Both the position numbers and the translations under genes were made by a program. DNA of 64,000 nucleotides from Anaeramoeba ignava BMAN. Its lineage: Eukaryota > Protista > Anaeramoebae. Below, in pieces: positions 9,966-24,600 of the stretch (its first letter is position 1; the number at the start of each line of letters is the position of its first letter). Under the pieces are notes generated by a model. That model made no database searches. It saw nothing but the letters and a program-made list of their open reading frames with translations, and was not told the origin of the DNA. The stretch is from contig JAPDFW010000073.1 of NCBI GenBank assembly GCA_028826165.1, forward strand, positions 124,001 to 188,000. The letters run 5' to 3'.

Positions 9966-12900
9966 TTAAATTGGAAGATTTCTTTGTAAAATTAAATCAA
10001 TTATTGAATTTTGGTTTAATTGATAATAATCTTTAACATCTTCAAACTCTTCTTTTTTTAATTCATTTCTTGTTTTAATATCGAATTTATCATGATAAAG
10101 AAAATAAATTAATTGTTGAATGGTTTCAAAAGATTTTCCTGAATAATCATGAACTTGATTTGATGAGTCTTGAACATTTAAAAACATTCCTTTGAATAAA
10201 TCACTTCTTAATATTAATACCAATTTGTGGACTTTAATTTCTTTTTCTTTATCAAAAATTATTGTAAAATCTTTTGTTTCTTCTTGTTGATATAATATTT
10301 GAAAATCTTTTAAAATTCCTTTTCTTCCTTTTTTAGTTTCAATCCAATTTGAATCTAATCCAATTTTTTTGAAAAATTTTTTTATTCTTCTTTCAATTTG
10401 CTTTTCTTTTAATTTCTGTTTTTTTGTTTTAATCTCAAGTTCGTTATCAATTTCACATTCAATATCGATATCAATATCAATATCATTTTTCGTTTTAAAT
10501 TGATTGACAATTTGATTTCTAATTTCTTTTTGAATCATGAATTGGTTATAAAAATATTCAAAATCAGCAAATCCAGTATAAATAAAATTTAGAACAATTT
10601 CAACATCTTCTTTTGGAGTTTTTTTGCATATATCAATAAATTTTTGAAAAGTAGAATGGTTATTATCCAATCTTGTTAAAAGAATTAATTTATGAACATT
10701 GAATTGTGTTGAATCAAATGAATGTATTTGAATATCGGAAAAATTATCAGGTGAATGCAACAAATTCATCAAATCTTGATGAAATGTGTAAAATTTAGAG
10801 AATAGATCCATAAAATCACTTGTAATTTGATGCTCTTTTAAAAGAGAGGCATTTGCATCATTCATTAATAATAAATAGATTAATTTTTGATTATTGTTTT
10901 GAATTGAAATAGAAAGAGGAGTTTCATTCCCATCATTTGATTTTATATTAATTTCTGCTCCTTTTTCAATAAGAAATTCAATAATTTCAAATGAATCTGG
11001 ATGATAGCAAGCAAGATGCAATGGAGTTTTGTTTTGGAATGCTTTCGTATTGATATCAGCCCCATTTTCAACAAGAAATTTAACAATTTGGAAAGAATCT
11101 TGTTGGCACGCAAAATGTAAAGCTGTCTCTTTCCGATAATTTTGTATATTAATTGAAGCTCCCTTCGAAACAAGAAGTTTGACAATCTCCAACGATTTTT
11201 GGCATTTACAAAAAAGAATTAATGGTGTTTCGTTGTCATATATTGTTGTTGTATTTATTTCTGCTCCTTTTTTAATAAGAAATCCAATAATTTCAAATGA
11301 TTTTTCTTTTTGACAAGCAAAATGTAAAGGTGTTTCATTTCTTTTCGTTTTGCAATTGATATCTGCACCTTTTTTAATTAAATATTTAACAACTTCTATT
11401 GATTTTGAATCATGGCATTGGCAAACAATATGCAAAGGTGTTTCCTCTTTTCTTGTCCTCCCGTTAATATCCATTCCATTTTCGATAAAAAATTTCATAA
11501 TTTCAAATGAAATTGGATTTTGATGTTTGCAAATTAGGTGCAATGACGTCTCATTATAATCCGAAGATTTAGCATTAATATCTGCACCATTTGAAACAAG
11601 AAATTTAATAATTTCCAATGATTTCGAGTTTGGATATTGGCAAATTAGATGTAAAACTGTTTCTTTTGTATATTTGCTTCTAGCATTAATATTAGCTTTT
11701 TTTTCAACCAATAATTTAATCATTTCCATTAATTGCGGATTTGAACTTTTGTAAATGAAATGTAAAGGTGTTTTGTTATATTCTGTTTCCGCATTAACAT
11801 TTGCTCCTTTTTGAATCAGAAATTTCATAATTTCAAATGAATTTGGATTTTCATTTTTGCATATTAAATGTAAAGGTGTTTCTTTGATATTATTTATTAT
11901 ATTTACATTTGCTTTTTTTTCAACCAATAATTTAATAATTTCAATTGAATTTGGGTTTGAATTTTGGCAAGCAAAATGTAAAGAAGTTTCATTATAAATT
12001 GTTTTAGAATTAACATTTGCTCCTTTTTGAATTAGAAATTTCATAATTTCAAATGAATTTGGATTTTCATTTTTGCATATTAAATGTAAAGGTGTTTTGT
12101 TATATTCTGTTTTTGCATTAACATTTGCTCCTTTTTGAATCAGAAATTTAATAATTTCAAATGAATTTGGATTTTCATTGTTGCATATTAAATGTAAAGG
12201 TGTTTCTTTTTTATTATTTATTATATTTATATTTGCTTTTTTTTCAACCAATAATTTAATAATTTCAATTGAATTTGGGTTTGAATTTTGGCAAGCAAAA
12301 TGTAAAGGAGTTTCATTATAAATTGTTTTATAATTAACATTTGCTCCTTTTTGAATTAGAAATTTAATAATTTCAAATGAATTTGGATTTTCATTTTTGC
12401 AAATTAAATGTAAAGGTGTTTCTTTGATATTATTTATTATATTTATATTTGCTTTTTTTTCAACCAATAATTTAATAATTTCAATTGAATTTGTATTTGA
12501 ATTTTTGCAAATGAAATGTAAAGGAGTTTCATTATAAATTGTTTTATAATTAATATCTACTTCTTTTTGAATTAGAAATTTAATAATTTCAAATGAATTT
12601 GGATTTTCATTTTTGCAAATTAAATGTAAAGGTGTTTCTTTTTATTATTTATTATATTTATATCTGCTTCTTTTTCAACCAATAATTTAATAATTTCAAT
12701 TGAATTTGAGTTTAGATTTGAATTTTTGCAAAATAAATGTAAAGGAGTTTCATTATAAATTGTTTTAGAATTAATATCTACTTCTTGTTGAATAAGAAAT
12801 TTAATAATTTCAAATGAATTTGTATTTTCATTTTTGCAAATTAAATGTAAAGGTGTTTCTTTTTTATTATTTATTATATTTATATCTGCTTCTTTTTCAA

Positions 12901-13535
12901 CCAATAATTTAATAATTTCAATTGAATTTGGATTTAGATTTGAATTTTTGCAAAATAAATGTAAAGGAGTTTCATTATAAATTGTTTTAGAATTAATATC
13001 TACTTCTTGTTGAATAAGAAATTTAATAATTTCAAATGAATTTGTATTTTCATTTTTGCAAATTAAATGTAAAGATGTTTCATTAAGGCAATTTTTTGTA
13101 TTAGGATCAATTCCTTTTTCAACCAATAATTTAATAATTTCAATTGAATTTGTATTTTCATTTTTGCAAATTAAATGTAAATGTGTTTCTTCATCATATG
13201 TTTTGGCATTAATATCTGCTTTTTTTTGAATTAGAAATTGAATAATTTTCAATGAATTTGGGTTTTGACTTTGACATATTAAATGTAAAGGTGTTTCTTT
13301 TTTATTGTTTTTGGCATTAACATCTGCTCCTTTTTCAATTAAAAACTGTATCATTTCAAATAAATTTTGATGTTGATGTTGGTGTTGACAAACTAAATGT
13401 AGAATAGTTTCTTCTTTATGAGTTTGCTATATTTATATCTTTTTCTTTTGAAATTAAAACTTGAAATTTTTCTATTTCAATGTTTTGATTTTGGATAAAG
13501 GAAAATAATTTTTGTTTTTCTTGAATTTTTTTCAT
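9966..13535 (-). CDS. Long ankyrin-repeat array + C-terminal double BTB protein (apparent frameshifts ~13425 and ~12640)
   Basis: More than 20 ankyrin repeats (ETPLHLIC...EIIKFLIQKGANVN), then DLMNLLHSPDNFSDIQI...VHKLILLTR and VHKLVLILRSDLFKGMFLNVQD...DYYQLN. ATG at 13535 (MKKIQEKQKLFSF) preceded by TTTTCAT repeats. Confidence 0.85.
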
Positions 13536-13633
13536 TTTATTTGAAAAATGAAAAAATGAAAAAATGAAAAAATGAAAAAATGAAAAAATGAAAAAATGAA
13601 AAAATAAAAAAACGAATTTTTAATTTTGATTTT

Positions 13634-13850
13634 ATTAATAATTTAGATTTTAAAAAATTAAACAATTTCCTTTTTTCTTTGTATTTGAATTTTAATTTTA
13701 ATTTCATTAATAATTTAGATTTTAAAAAATAAAACAATTTCCTTTTTTCTTTGTATTTGTATTTGTATTTTGATTTTATTAATAATTTAGATTTTAAAAA
13801 ATTAAACAATTTCCTTTTTTCTTTGTATTTGTATTTGTATTTTGATTATT
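13634..13850 (-). repeat. 72-bp unit x3, each carrying a polybasic-CaaX-stop cassette
   Basis: attaataatttagattttaaaaaat(t/a)aaacaatttccttttttctttgtatttg starts at 13634, 13706 and 13778. The minus strand reads TKKKGNCLIF* / TKKKGNCFIF*. Confidence 0.9.
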
Positions 13851-15603
13851 AATTTTTTTAATTAATAAATCAAATAAATTTGGATTTGTTTGATTTAATT
13901 GAAAATAATCAATTCCAATTTTAATTTCATTAATAATTTCTTCTGTAATTTGAATTTCATTTTTAATTTGATTTGAATAAATCCAATATTCAAATATTTG
14001 AAATGATTTATTACTTAATTCACTATAATCTTTAACTTTATTAGATTTATCTTCTGTTACAGATAAAAACATTCCTCGATATAATTCACTTCTCATTATT
14101 AATATTAATTTAGGAAATTTATATTGTTTTTCTTTTCTTTCAATTATAAAATCTTTTTCATTTTCATTTTCATTTTCATTTTCATTTTCATTTAAATAAA
14201 TTCTTTTCATTGTTTCTTCAATTTTTTCATTTGAATTTATAATTTCTTTAATTTCAGAATATAATTTTGGATTTATTATTCTGTTTGAATAAATCATTTC
14301 AAATATTTGATTTGATTCTTTAATTGATTTATTTGAAATAATTTCTTTAAGTTTTTCAATTTCATTTTCATTTTGATTTAATCTATATTTCAATATTAAT
14401 TTATGAGCTTTGATTATTTCTCCATTTTTGGTTTTAAATGAAATATTACAAAATTCTTTTCTTTCAAATAATTTTATCAAATCTTCTTCAAGATTGGAAA
14501 AAGAAGGAGGAGAATAATAAAGAAATGAATTGAAATATCCACAATAAAGATGGTAATTGTAAATATTTTCATTAAATCTTAATTTAGGAAGTTCAATTTG
14601 AATTGGAATTGATTGCCTTTTTATATCTCCAGTTCCTAATTGACCGAATTCGTTATCTCCAAATCCAATTAATTTCGAATTGGAAGTTAAAATTAAAGTA
14701 TGAGCATTTCCAACAGAAAAATCAAGAATATCATCATTTTCAAATAAAGATGATTTGATTTCAGTAAATTCATAAGTATGTTTATATCTTTTGCCAAATC
14801 CATTATATTGATAATATCCACATGAATAAAGTTTTCTTTTTATTTTAAATTCAATCAACATTATTGAATTAAAACCTCCACATTGAATATCAATTATTTT
14901 GCCTTTTGGAATATTTTGGATTTTGGTTAATTTTTTGATTCTTTGTTCATTTTCTGATTCTCCTAATCCAAGTTGACCAAAAACATTTGAACCACATCCA
15001 AATAATTCTTGATTTGAATTTAAAAGAAAAACAGAAAGTGAAGAATTTCCTGAAAATATTTTAGAAACATTTTTCATCATTAAAATTGGTTTTTCTGTTT
15101 TTGGAAGTGATATAGAATCAAAACCAAGTTGGATATTTTCATTTGAACCAATTCCATAAACATTTTGATTTGAAGTTAATAAATAAATTGAATCTCTTCC
15201 AGAAACAATATCTTGAATTATTCTATCATTTTATATCTTCAATTAATGATGAAATATTGATAAATTTATTTGGATGTTTTGGATTAATATATTTTCCTTT
15301 TGGCAAATACATTTCCTTCTGTTGTTAAAATAGCTTCATTTACATTACCAACAGTTACTTTTTGAATATTTTCTTCAATTTGGATTTTTTCAGGATTTTT
15401 TTTGAATATTTTTCATTTAAATATTCTATTGCTTTTCCATTTTTAAAAAGGAAAATTGTTGAAAAATAACCTGAAGAAATTTGTTTAATTTGTTTTCCAT
15501 TTTTATTTTCAAATTTAAATTGAATTGGTTTTGTTATTTTATTTGGTTCATTTTTGATAAGAATTGGATTTTCATTTGAACCAAAAAATATAATTTCATT
15601 CAT
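13794..15603 (-). CDS. RCC1-BTB paralogue ending in a CaaX motif (one frameshift in a T-run ~15400)
   Basis: MNEIIFFGSNE start at 15603, collinear with 8164-9912, ends KKKGNCLIF*. Confidence 0.85.
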
Positions 15604-15688
15604 TTTTAGAAAAGAAAAAAATGAAAAAAAATGAAAAAAATTTTTTGAAAAGAATTTTTCATTTTTTTTTCTTTTTTTAAAAACTAAA
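15604..15688. promoter_or_regulatory. 85-bp divergent promoter between the RCC1-BTB and BEACH genes
   Basis: Head-to-head ATGs at 15603(-) and 15689(+). Each side has a TTTTCATTTT pyrimidine tract just upstream of its ATG. Confidence 0.6.
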
Positions 15689-18600
15689 ATGAATAAAAAT
15701 CATTTTGAAAATCAATTTGAAAAAGATATTCAAAATGAAATTGAAACAGAAATTCAAATTGAAAAAGAATTTTTTTTAAGTTTTCCTAATGGAAAAGAAT
15801 TTTTTAAAAAATGGAAAGTTTTACGTTTACAATTAATTTCAGAAGTAAATTTTACTTTTGTTTTTTATCATTTTTTAAAACAAAATTAAAAATATTAAAT
15901 ATTATAAAATATTAAATTAAATATTATTAAAAAGGTAACTGATGATTTTATTCAATTTTGTTTATCATTTCAAAAATTATTTGAAAATTGGGATCCAAAT
16001 GAAATCAAAAATCCAAATCAAGAAACAAATCAATTTGAACAACATTTTACAAATGAAGAAATTAATCAAGCAATTTCACAAAAAGAAGCTCATCCATTAA
16101 CATTTCTTTTAATTATATTGAATAATTTAATTTATTCAAGTATTTTGATTCAAGGTTTGATTTTTTAAATTTAATTGAAAATTTAATTGAAAATTGAATG
16201 AATTAATTTGAATTGAAAATTCATTTGAAAAAAATATTTTTTTTTTTTGATCAAATTCAAATAGAACAAAAAGAAAATAAAAATTTTAATTTTCAAATGA
16301 TCGAAAATCAATTTGGTGAAAATGAAAAAAGAATCAAATCTCATAAACATTTAATTTCTTTATCTGTTGTTTCAATTCTTTCAAAATCAAAATTTAATCG
16401 ACAAATTTTATTTGAAAATGGAATTTTTAAAATTCTTTCTGATTTATTGGAAATTACAAAATATGTTTTTGAAACAATGCAACAAATAAGAGTAATTCAA
16501 AAAAAGAAATTATTAAAAAAGAAATGATTGAAAATTCGAAAAAAATTATTCTTTTAAAAAAAAAAAAAAAAGAATTCAAATCCAAAAATTTCCATTTATT
16601 ATTTGTTTGAAATTCAATTCATCCTTTCTCAAATTATGGAAACAATGAAAAATTTTTTAAAAAAAAGAGATGTTTTGCCAAGTAAAGAAATTTTGAAATC
16701 AATTAAACACTCAGAAATTACTTCATTAATGATTGGTAAATTTTTAATTTGGAAATGCAAAGATTTATTTGTTAATTTTGAATTTTTAAAAACAATCAAA
16801 AAAACAAAAATAACCAAAAACAAATAGAATGGTTTTTAATTCATCTAGAATTGAAAAAGAAATTTCTTTTCACAAAAAAACAATATGATATTCAATTATC
16901 AATTTTTGAAAATCTTGAAAGTTGCTATGAATTTGGATTATTAAAAGAACAAGAAAAAATTGATTTGATTGAAATTCTTTTTACTTTCTTTGATGTTCCA
17001 ATATTATCAAAAATCCCAAATCTTGGAATTGAAAATCAAATTCAAAATGAAAATATAATTGAAAATGAAATTTTAGAAGATTTTTTTCAAACAAATTTCT
17101 TTATATTTGATCCAAAAATTAAAAAAGAGCAAAATCCAAATATTTCACAAAATTTGAAAATGAATAAAATTGATGCAATTCATTTAGAATGTGATTTTCG
17201 TTCAAATGTTTTTGATTTCCTTAGTTTTGTTGTTGCACAAGAAAATATTGTTGAAGAATTTAATAATCATATCAAAATTTCGAATTTAAAAGATTTTATT
17301 CTTTGGGTTTGCTATTCTTTCAAACCAAAAATCCCAAAAAATTCAAAAGAATTAAGTAATTCACAAGAAATTTCAAATTCAGAAACAAATCCAAAAAAAG
17401 TCTCAGAAATCAAATTATATCATCCCTATCTTGATACACTTTTCAATCAACTCAGATCTTTTCAAAACATCAAAAAATTAAATCAAACAATTACATCCAA
17501 TGAAAATTTGAAAAAGGAAATGAACAAATCTGAAAACCAAATTAATCCCAAAGTGAATAATTTTAAAGAAAGATTACTTTTAATTTATCTTGATTTATTT
17601 AGCAATTCAGAACAACAAAAAGAAGAAACATCAAATCAGGAAATCATTAAAACTCAAAAACACAAGCAAAGAAACTATTTAGAACTTCAAATGTATATTT
17701 TGTTTGAATTTAAGAGAATGATAATAGAAGAAAGTTTTGATGAAGATATTCTTATATTTTTCCAAAGAAACGGAGGATGGAAATTTTGCTTTTCCGATTA
17801 TTTTATCACAAAAAATCCGAATAATATTAATGTAAATAATCATTATATTTCATTTTATTTTCTTTCATCTATTCTAATTTACTTTTCCATTTTCCAAATT
17901 TTTTTCCCTATTTTGAATAGATTGTTGAAAAAGAAAAGAATCATTTAGAAAAAATGCATTCAAATTTACAAATATTATTATTGGATTTTGTTTTCAATGC
18001 TATTACAAAATACCAAAAAGATTTCGATTATAAAATTTTATTTAATCAAGTTTTCAAAAATCAAAAGGTTGTTTCAAATCCCACTTTATTAAACAAATTT
18101 TTGGAATTGGTTATTGAAATTATCAAAAACAAACCAAAAACTTCATCGAACAAAATTATCCGAAATTATGGATTTCAAATTATTCAAGAATTATTTTTTC
18201 AATTATTCCAAGAAAAACAAAAACAAAATGAAAAACAAAAGGAAACAAAAACAGAACAATTATGTTTTGAAATTTTCAATTTATCCCTTAAAAATGCAAC
18301 TGTTGAAGTTATTCTACAATATCCAGAAATTATCAATTTTTTCATTGAATTGACTTATCATGAAAAAATCCAAAAACTTTCCCTAATTTATATTCCAAAA
18401 TTTTTAGAAAAAGTTCAAAATCATGAAGGCGCAAAGGAAAAGCAATTTATTAATTATTTAATACAAAAAATATTTTTGATCAACCAAATTGAAAATGAAA
18501 ATGAAAATGAAAATGAAAATCAAATTCAAAATGAAAATAATCAAAATGAGTTCAATATATTTATCAAAAAACTCTATGGAGAATGTTTAAAATCAATTTC

Positions 18601-21600
18601 TAAAAATCAAATAATTATTCAAAAAATAGCTTTGAATACAAACTCATTGGTAATTTTAGGAACATTTTTTGAAGAGAAAAACCAAATTAATACTTATTTT
18701 TCATTACAAATGATGAAAGAAATTATCAAAAACAATGATGAAATTATGAAGAAATTTCAAGATTTGATTCCAATACCAAAATTTGTTTCCATCCTTTATG
18801 AATATGACCAAGGAAAACCAACAAAACCAAACATTACAAATTCTATTAGATTTAATGGTTAACAATGAAGAATTTTCCATCAAAACAAATTTTATTATCA
18901 GAAACACAAATATGATTAATATCATTTTGAATCTTTATTCACAAAACTTCCAAAAAGAATTAGATAATTCGCAAAATATTCAACATGATTCTATTAATAA
19001 TAATAATGAAGAAAATGAAAATCAAAGCAACATTTCTTTTCTCGAAATTTTAAAAATATTCAATGAAATTTCTCAAAAATCAATTCATAATATTTGTTGT
19101 TGTTGTGAAGCAGGAATCATTTCTTTCTTACTTGAACTAGTTTCCAAAGTCAAAACAATAGATATCTTCAAAGAAATTATTCAAATTGTTGGAAATTTTG
19201 CAAAATTCAAAACTAATGTTTTCGAAATGAAAAAATACTTTACAATAATGAAAAACCAATTAAATAAAAAATCAAACAAAAATTTTGCCAAATTAATGAT
19301 AAATGAATTAACAAAAATGAAACATCAACCAAATGAACAAAATCCAATAAATTTATTTGATTTTTACGAACAAAACTCAAACATTCAACTTCCACCATTT
19401 AATTCTTCTTTGATTTTTGAAAAATTCACCTTTTGCTGTTGGATCAGAATCGAAGAATTTTCAAGAAGTTTTTTCTCGTCTGATCCAAAAGAAAAGGAAT
19501 ATAAACCAAGAATATTTAGTTTATTATCAGAAAACAACAAAGGAATTGAATTATATTTTGAACTTGATCAGGATCACAAAAACCAATCAAAATCAATTAG
19601 TTATAGAATATATATTGATGATGAAGAAATGATTGAAGCAGTATTTCCTATTCAAATTGAAACAAAGAAATGGTATTTCTTCGTTTTTACACAAAAATAT
19701 GAAGAATCAATCTCAGAAATCGATATTACAATTTACATTAATGGAAAGAAAGAAAAATTCAAAAAACTCCAAATGAAAAAACAATTTGAAACAGAAGAAA
19801 TCCTCACAAAGAATCGAATTGGTTCAAATGTCCCGTTTATAAGAGAAAATAAAGTTCAACAACAAGAAATGCAACAAGTTCTACAACTTCAACAAATAAA
19901 ATTGCTAAAACAAGAAAATGAAATTCTTCAAAAAGAAAATCAGTCTTTAAAACAAGAAAATGAATTTTTAAAAAAGCAAATTCAAATTTTGAATCAAAAA
20001 TTAAAGTCTCAAGAACTAACAAATGAAGATCAAAAAGAGATTCAAGAAAAACCAAAACCTTCAGAATTCTCTTCACAAGAAACAGAGTTTACAAGATGTT
20101 AAATCCAAAAATATAATAAACAAAACATTTCCAAACCAGCAAATACAAGATGTACAAGATTTAAAACAAGAATTGGAAATGCAAGAAATAGATCAATTTG
20201 GAAATGAAAAAATTGATGAAAATGTTATTTTTGGACAAATGGGAGCAATTTATCTTTTTCAAGAAGTTCTTGATGAAACTCAAGTAAAAGCAATTCATTT
20301 TCTTGGTCCAAATTATAAATCTTTTTTTTATTCAGATGAAATATCTCATTATTCTAATTCAATCCTTGGAAATGAATTACAAGAAATATTTAACGGAAAA
20401 TTAACCCAAAAAATTTTAGTTTATCATAATACAAAAGCAATTAAAGAAGATTTTTGTTTAAACGAAAGTCCAGCAAATATTATACCTCAACCATCAAAAA
20501 TAACAAAAATAATTTCATATACTTTAACCAATATTCAGGATATTATTGATTTCCTTGGAGGTATTGAATCATTTATTTATTTGATTTTTGAAATTGATGA
20601 ATTATATAATGAAAATGAATTAAAAAATCAATTAAATAATGAAAATGAATTAGAAAATGAAAATCAATTAAATAATGAAAATCAATTAGAAAATGAAAAT
20701 GAATTAGAAAATAATCAATTAAATAATGAAAATGAAAATTTAGTAAAATCAATTTTTGAAGATATTCTAAGGATTGTTGGAGATTTTTTATTAACTAATT
20801 CTGATTTTCAAGAAAAAATGATTCAAAAAAAAGGATTTCAAATCATTAATATTTTACTTAAAAAAATTCATCCAAATTATTTTTCAAATCAAATCTATTA
20901 TATGATAAAAACATTTACAGAACAAATTCCCAATGAAAAATTTCTATTTAAACTTAAAAAATATTTAATTTTTGATTATAAATTATGGAAGAATTTCAGT
21001 TTTGATATCCAAAATAAATTACTTGAAACAATTGAAATTTGTATTCAAAATCAATTTCTGAACCAAAATCCAACTCAATCTCAAAATGAAGATGAATATG
21101 AAAATGAAGATGAAGATGAAATTCAATCTGAGTATCAATCTGAAAATCAATCTGAAAATCAATCTGAAAATATAAACGAAAATGAAAATCTAAATCAAAA
21201 CCTAAATGAAAACCTAAATGAAAAAGAAGAAAAAAAAGTTTCAAAACCATCAAAAATTAAATTTATTGATTTATTAATTTTGATAGAATTTTATGATAAA
21301 TTTTTATTTAAGACACAAAATCAATTAGAAAATCAATTAGAAAATGAAAATGAAAATCAATTAAAAAATCAATTAGAAAATCAATTAGAAAATCAAAATG
21401 AAAATCAATTAGAAAATCAATTAGAAAATGAAAATGAAAATGAAAATGAAAATCAATTAAAAAATCAATTAAAAAATCAATTAGAAAATCAAATTCTCCA
21501 AATAACTAACAAAATATTTGCAATACTAAACTTTTTTTTAACTAATATACAACTTAAATCTCAAAAAATTATGCTTCATTATTTAATCAAAAGATGCTTT

Positions 21601-24600
21601 CTTTTCAAAACAAATCATTTTATTGAAAAAACTTTTGAATTAATCTATAACTACATTTCAATAAATTCAAATCAAATTTGGAAAGATACATTTTCTAATC
21701 AATTATTATATTCTCCTATTCAATTAATGAAACAAAACAAAAGTACAAAAATGATTGAATTATTTCTTCAAATTATTTCTTCCAGTGATTTTTTTATTTA
21801 TGAAAATATACCACAACCTTCTCAAATATCAGAAATAAGCAAAACCAAAACGAAAAAGAAAATTCATAAATTTAAAGATGCTTATCCTTTAATTCACAAC
21901 ATAATTATTGAAAAAATTGAGATTATTTCTCAAAAAATAATTCAACTTCTTTTCAAAATAATGATTTATGAAAATAGAGCAAATCCATCACAATCACCAG
22001 TAATCCAAAATGGATTCATTTTGCAAACAATTTGCGAAATATTCAAACAAAATCCAAACTTAATCGATTTTGACAATTTCTATAATTTAATCAAAATCAT
22101 TTCGCAAACTAATTTGAATAAACACAAAATTATGTTAGAATTTGGATGGCAAAAATGGATACTTAATTTAATTAATTTAAATTCAAATTCAAATTCAAAT
22201 TCAAATCAAAACCATATTAATGAAATTGGATTCAAAATTTTCAAATTGTTATTTCTTTATTCCTTTTGTGATCCAAATTATAATTTTCCAAAAATATTTG
22301 AAAGATTCCTTGCATCAGTTCATTTGGTTGATCACTTTCTTACAAAAGAAACAAAATATCAAATTATCCAGAAAATAATTAACGATTTAATAATTGATCT
22401 TCTTCAAAATACAGAAATACAATATTTCCGTCAGCAAAAAGATGAAAAAAATTTATCAAAAAAACAAAAAGAACAACAAGAACAAAAAGAACAAAAAGAA
22501 GAATTCAAGATTAAGATATTAAATTTGCCTTCGATTAAAATTGAAAATGAAAGATTCTTCAAAAATTTATTTTATTTAATTTCCATATTAAATATCACTA
22601 TGTTAACTTCATCAAATCAATTCAATTTCCTAAAACCAGAAAAACAACCAACTCAAATTATTCAAACAAAATTATTCAAAAATCTTTCCAAAAAAAAACC
22701 AAAAACACCTAAAGCATTAAGAAAAACAACAAAATTAAAGAAAAATCAGAAAATCAAAAAAAATCAAAAAAATAAGAAAAATCAGAAAAACCAAAAAAAT
22801 CAAAAAAATCAAATACTCAATAATTCAGCTCCTCAAACAAAAATCAAGATGAATCTATTTCAAAACAAAATCATACAAAATCTAATTCTCTTATTAGAAA
22901 AATTTGGGTTTTTCAAACAAAAAGAAATTCTATTCAAAAACAAAGAAAAAAAAAGAACCGTTTTCTCAATTATTACTTTGATGATGCTTTTCTCACTTCC
23001 AAAATCAGATCATCAAATCACTAATTTTTTACTTTCAAAAATTAATGAAATTATGAATCCTGCATTTTATTCCTCAACACTTTCAAACAAAAAATCACAA
23101 GAATTTCTCAAAAATTGTTTCTCTTTTTTGCTTTATTATATTCAAAATGAAAATCAAAATGAAAATCAAAATCTAAATGAAAATCAAAACGAAAGAAAAA
23201 CAAAAAGAAATCTCTTATTAATTAATTTACAAATTTTGATGCAAGATCATTACAATTTCTTGTATAGTTTGTTTTCAAGTTTAAACAAAAAACAAACATT
23301 AGTTTCTAAAAAATATCAAGAATCTTTTATATTTTCATTCAAAGATATTGAAAAAATCGAAAAGGAGATTACGAAACAAGAATGGAAAGAAGCAATAAAT
23401 GATATTTTCCTTTCAGTAAACCAAAAAATTTCCGAAAATACCCAACAAGACGAAAACAATTTCATTCAAATTCAATCAAACAATTTCTTTTTTCTGCAAA
23501 ATGAATTTGAAGAAAAGAAGAACAAAATTGAAAAGAGTTTAATCAACATTGAAAAACAAAAACAAAACCTCATTGAAAAGGAAATCCAAAAAACATTAAA
23601 AACGAAAATTAGCCAAGAAACAAATTTGAAGTATTTACAGAAATTCAAAAAAATGATTGAAAATTCCCTTTTGGGAAAATATCCATGGAGTTCAAATACA
23701 ATGAATATTTTGGATAAGGAATTCGAGAAACACAAATTTTATGCTAAGCTTTTGGAAATTGAAGATGGGATGAGAAGACAAAAGAAATTGAAATTTTATT
23801 CCAAAAAAGAAGAACAAAATGAAAATGATGAAAAAAAAGAAAGCATCAATTTGATACAATTGAAAGAGAATATGAAAAACAAAATAATTGAAATTACAAA
23901 TAAATTGTCACAAAAAAAATGAAAAAGAAAAAGAAAAAGAAATTGAAAAAGAAAAAGAAAAAGAAAAAGAAATTAAAAAACAAAAACAAAAAATAAAACA
24001 AAAGGAAAAGGAAAAGGAACCGAATGAAAATGAGAAGGAAACCCAAACAAAAAACTCATTATCAACAAAATGTGAATTGGTTTCAAAAACAAAAATAATT
24101 AAAGGAATATTTCAAATGACAGAAACTTCAATCAATTTTTTTGATATCAAGAAAAAAGAAAAAGATTATTTATGGAAAATTGAAACGATTCGAACAATTC
24201 ATAAAAGAAGATATAATTTCAAACATTCGTCAATGGAAATATTTTTTCAAAAAAGCAGGAAGTTTGTTTTTTTCAATTTTCCTACAATGGAAACAAGGAA
24301 TGAAGTTTATGAGAAAATCCAAAAACATAAATTCATCAATATCGATCAATCCAAATATAACTATTCAGGAAACGACCCAACAAAATGGATCGAAAAAACC
24401 CAAGTTGTCAAACAATGGCAAGAAGGAAAATTGACAAATTTTGAATATTTGATGTATTTGAACACAATATCGGGGAGAACATACCAAGACGTCTCACAAT
24501 ACCCCATTTTCCCGTGGATTGTGTGCGATTATGGATCTGAGAAACTAGATCTGGAACATCCAGAAACATTCCGCGATTTGTCAAAACCTATTGGAAAATT

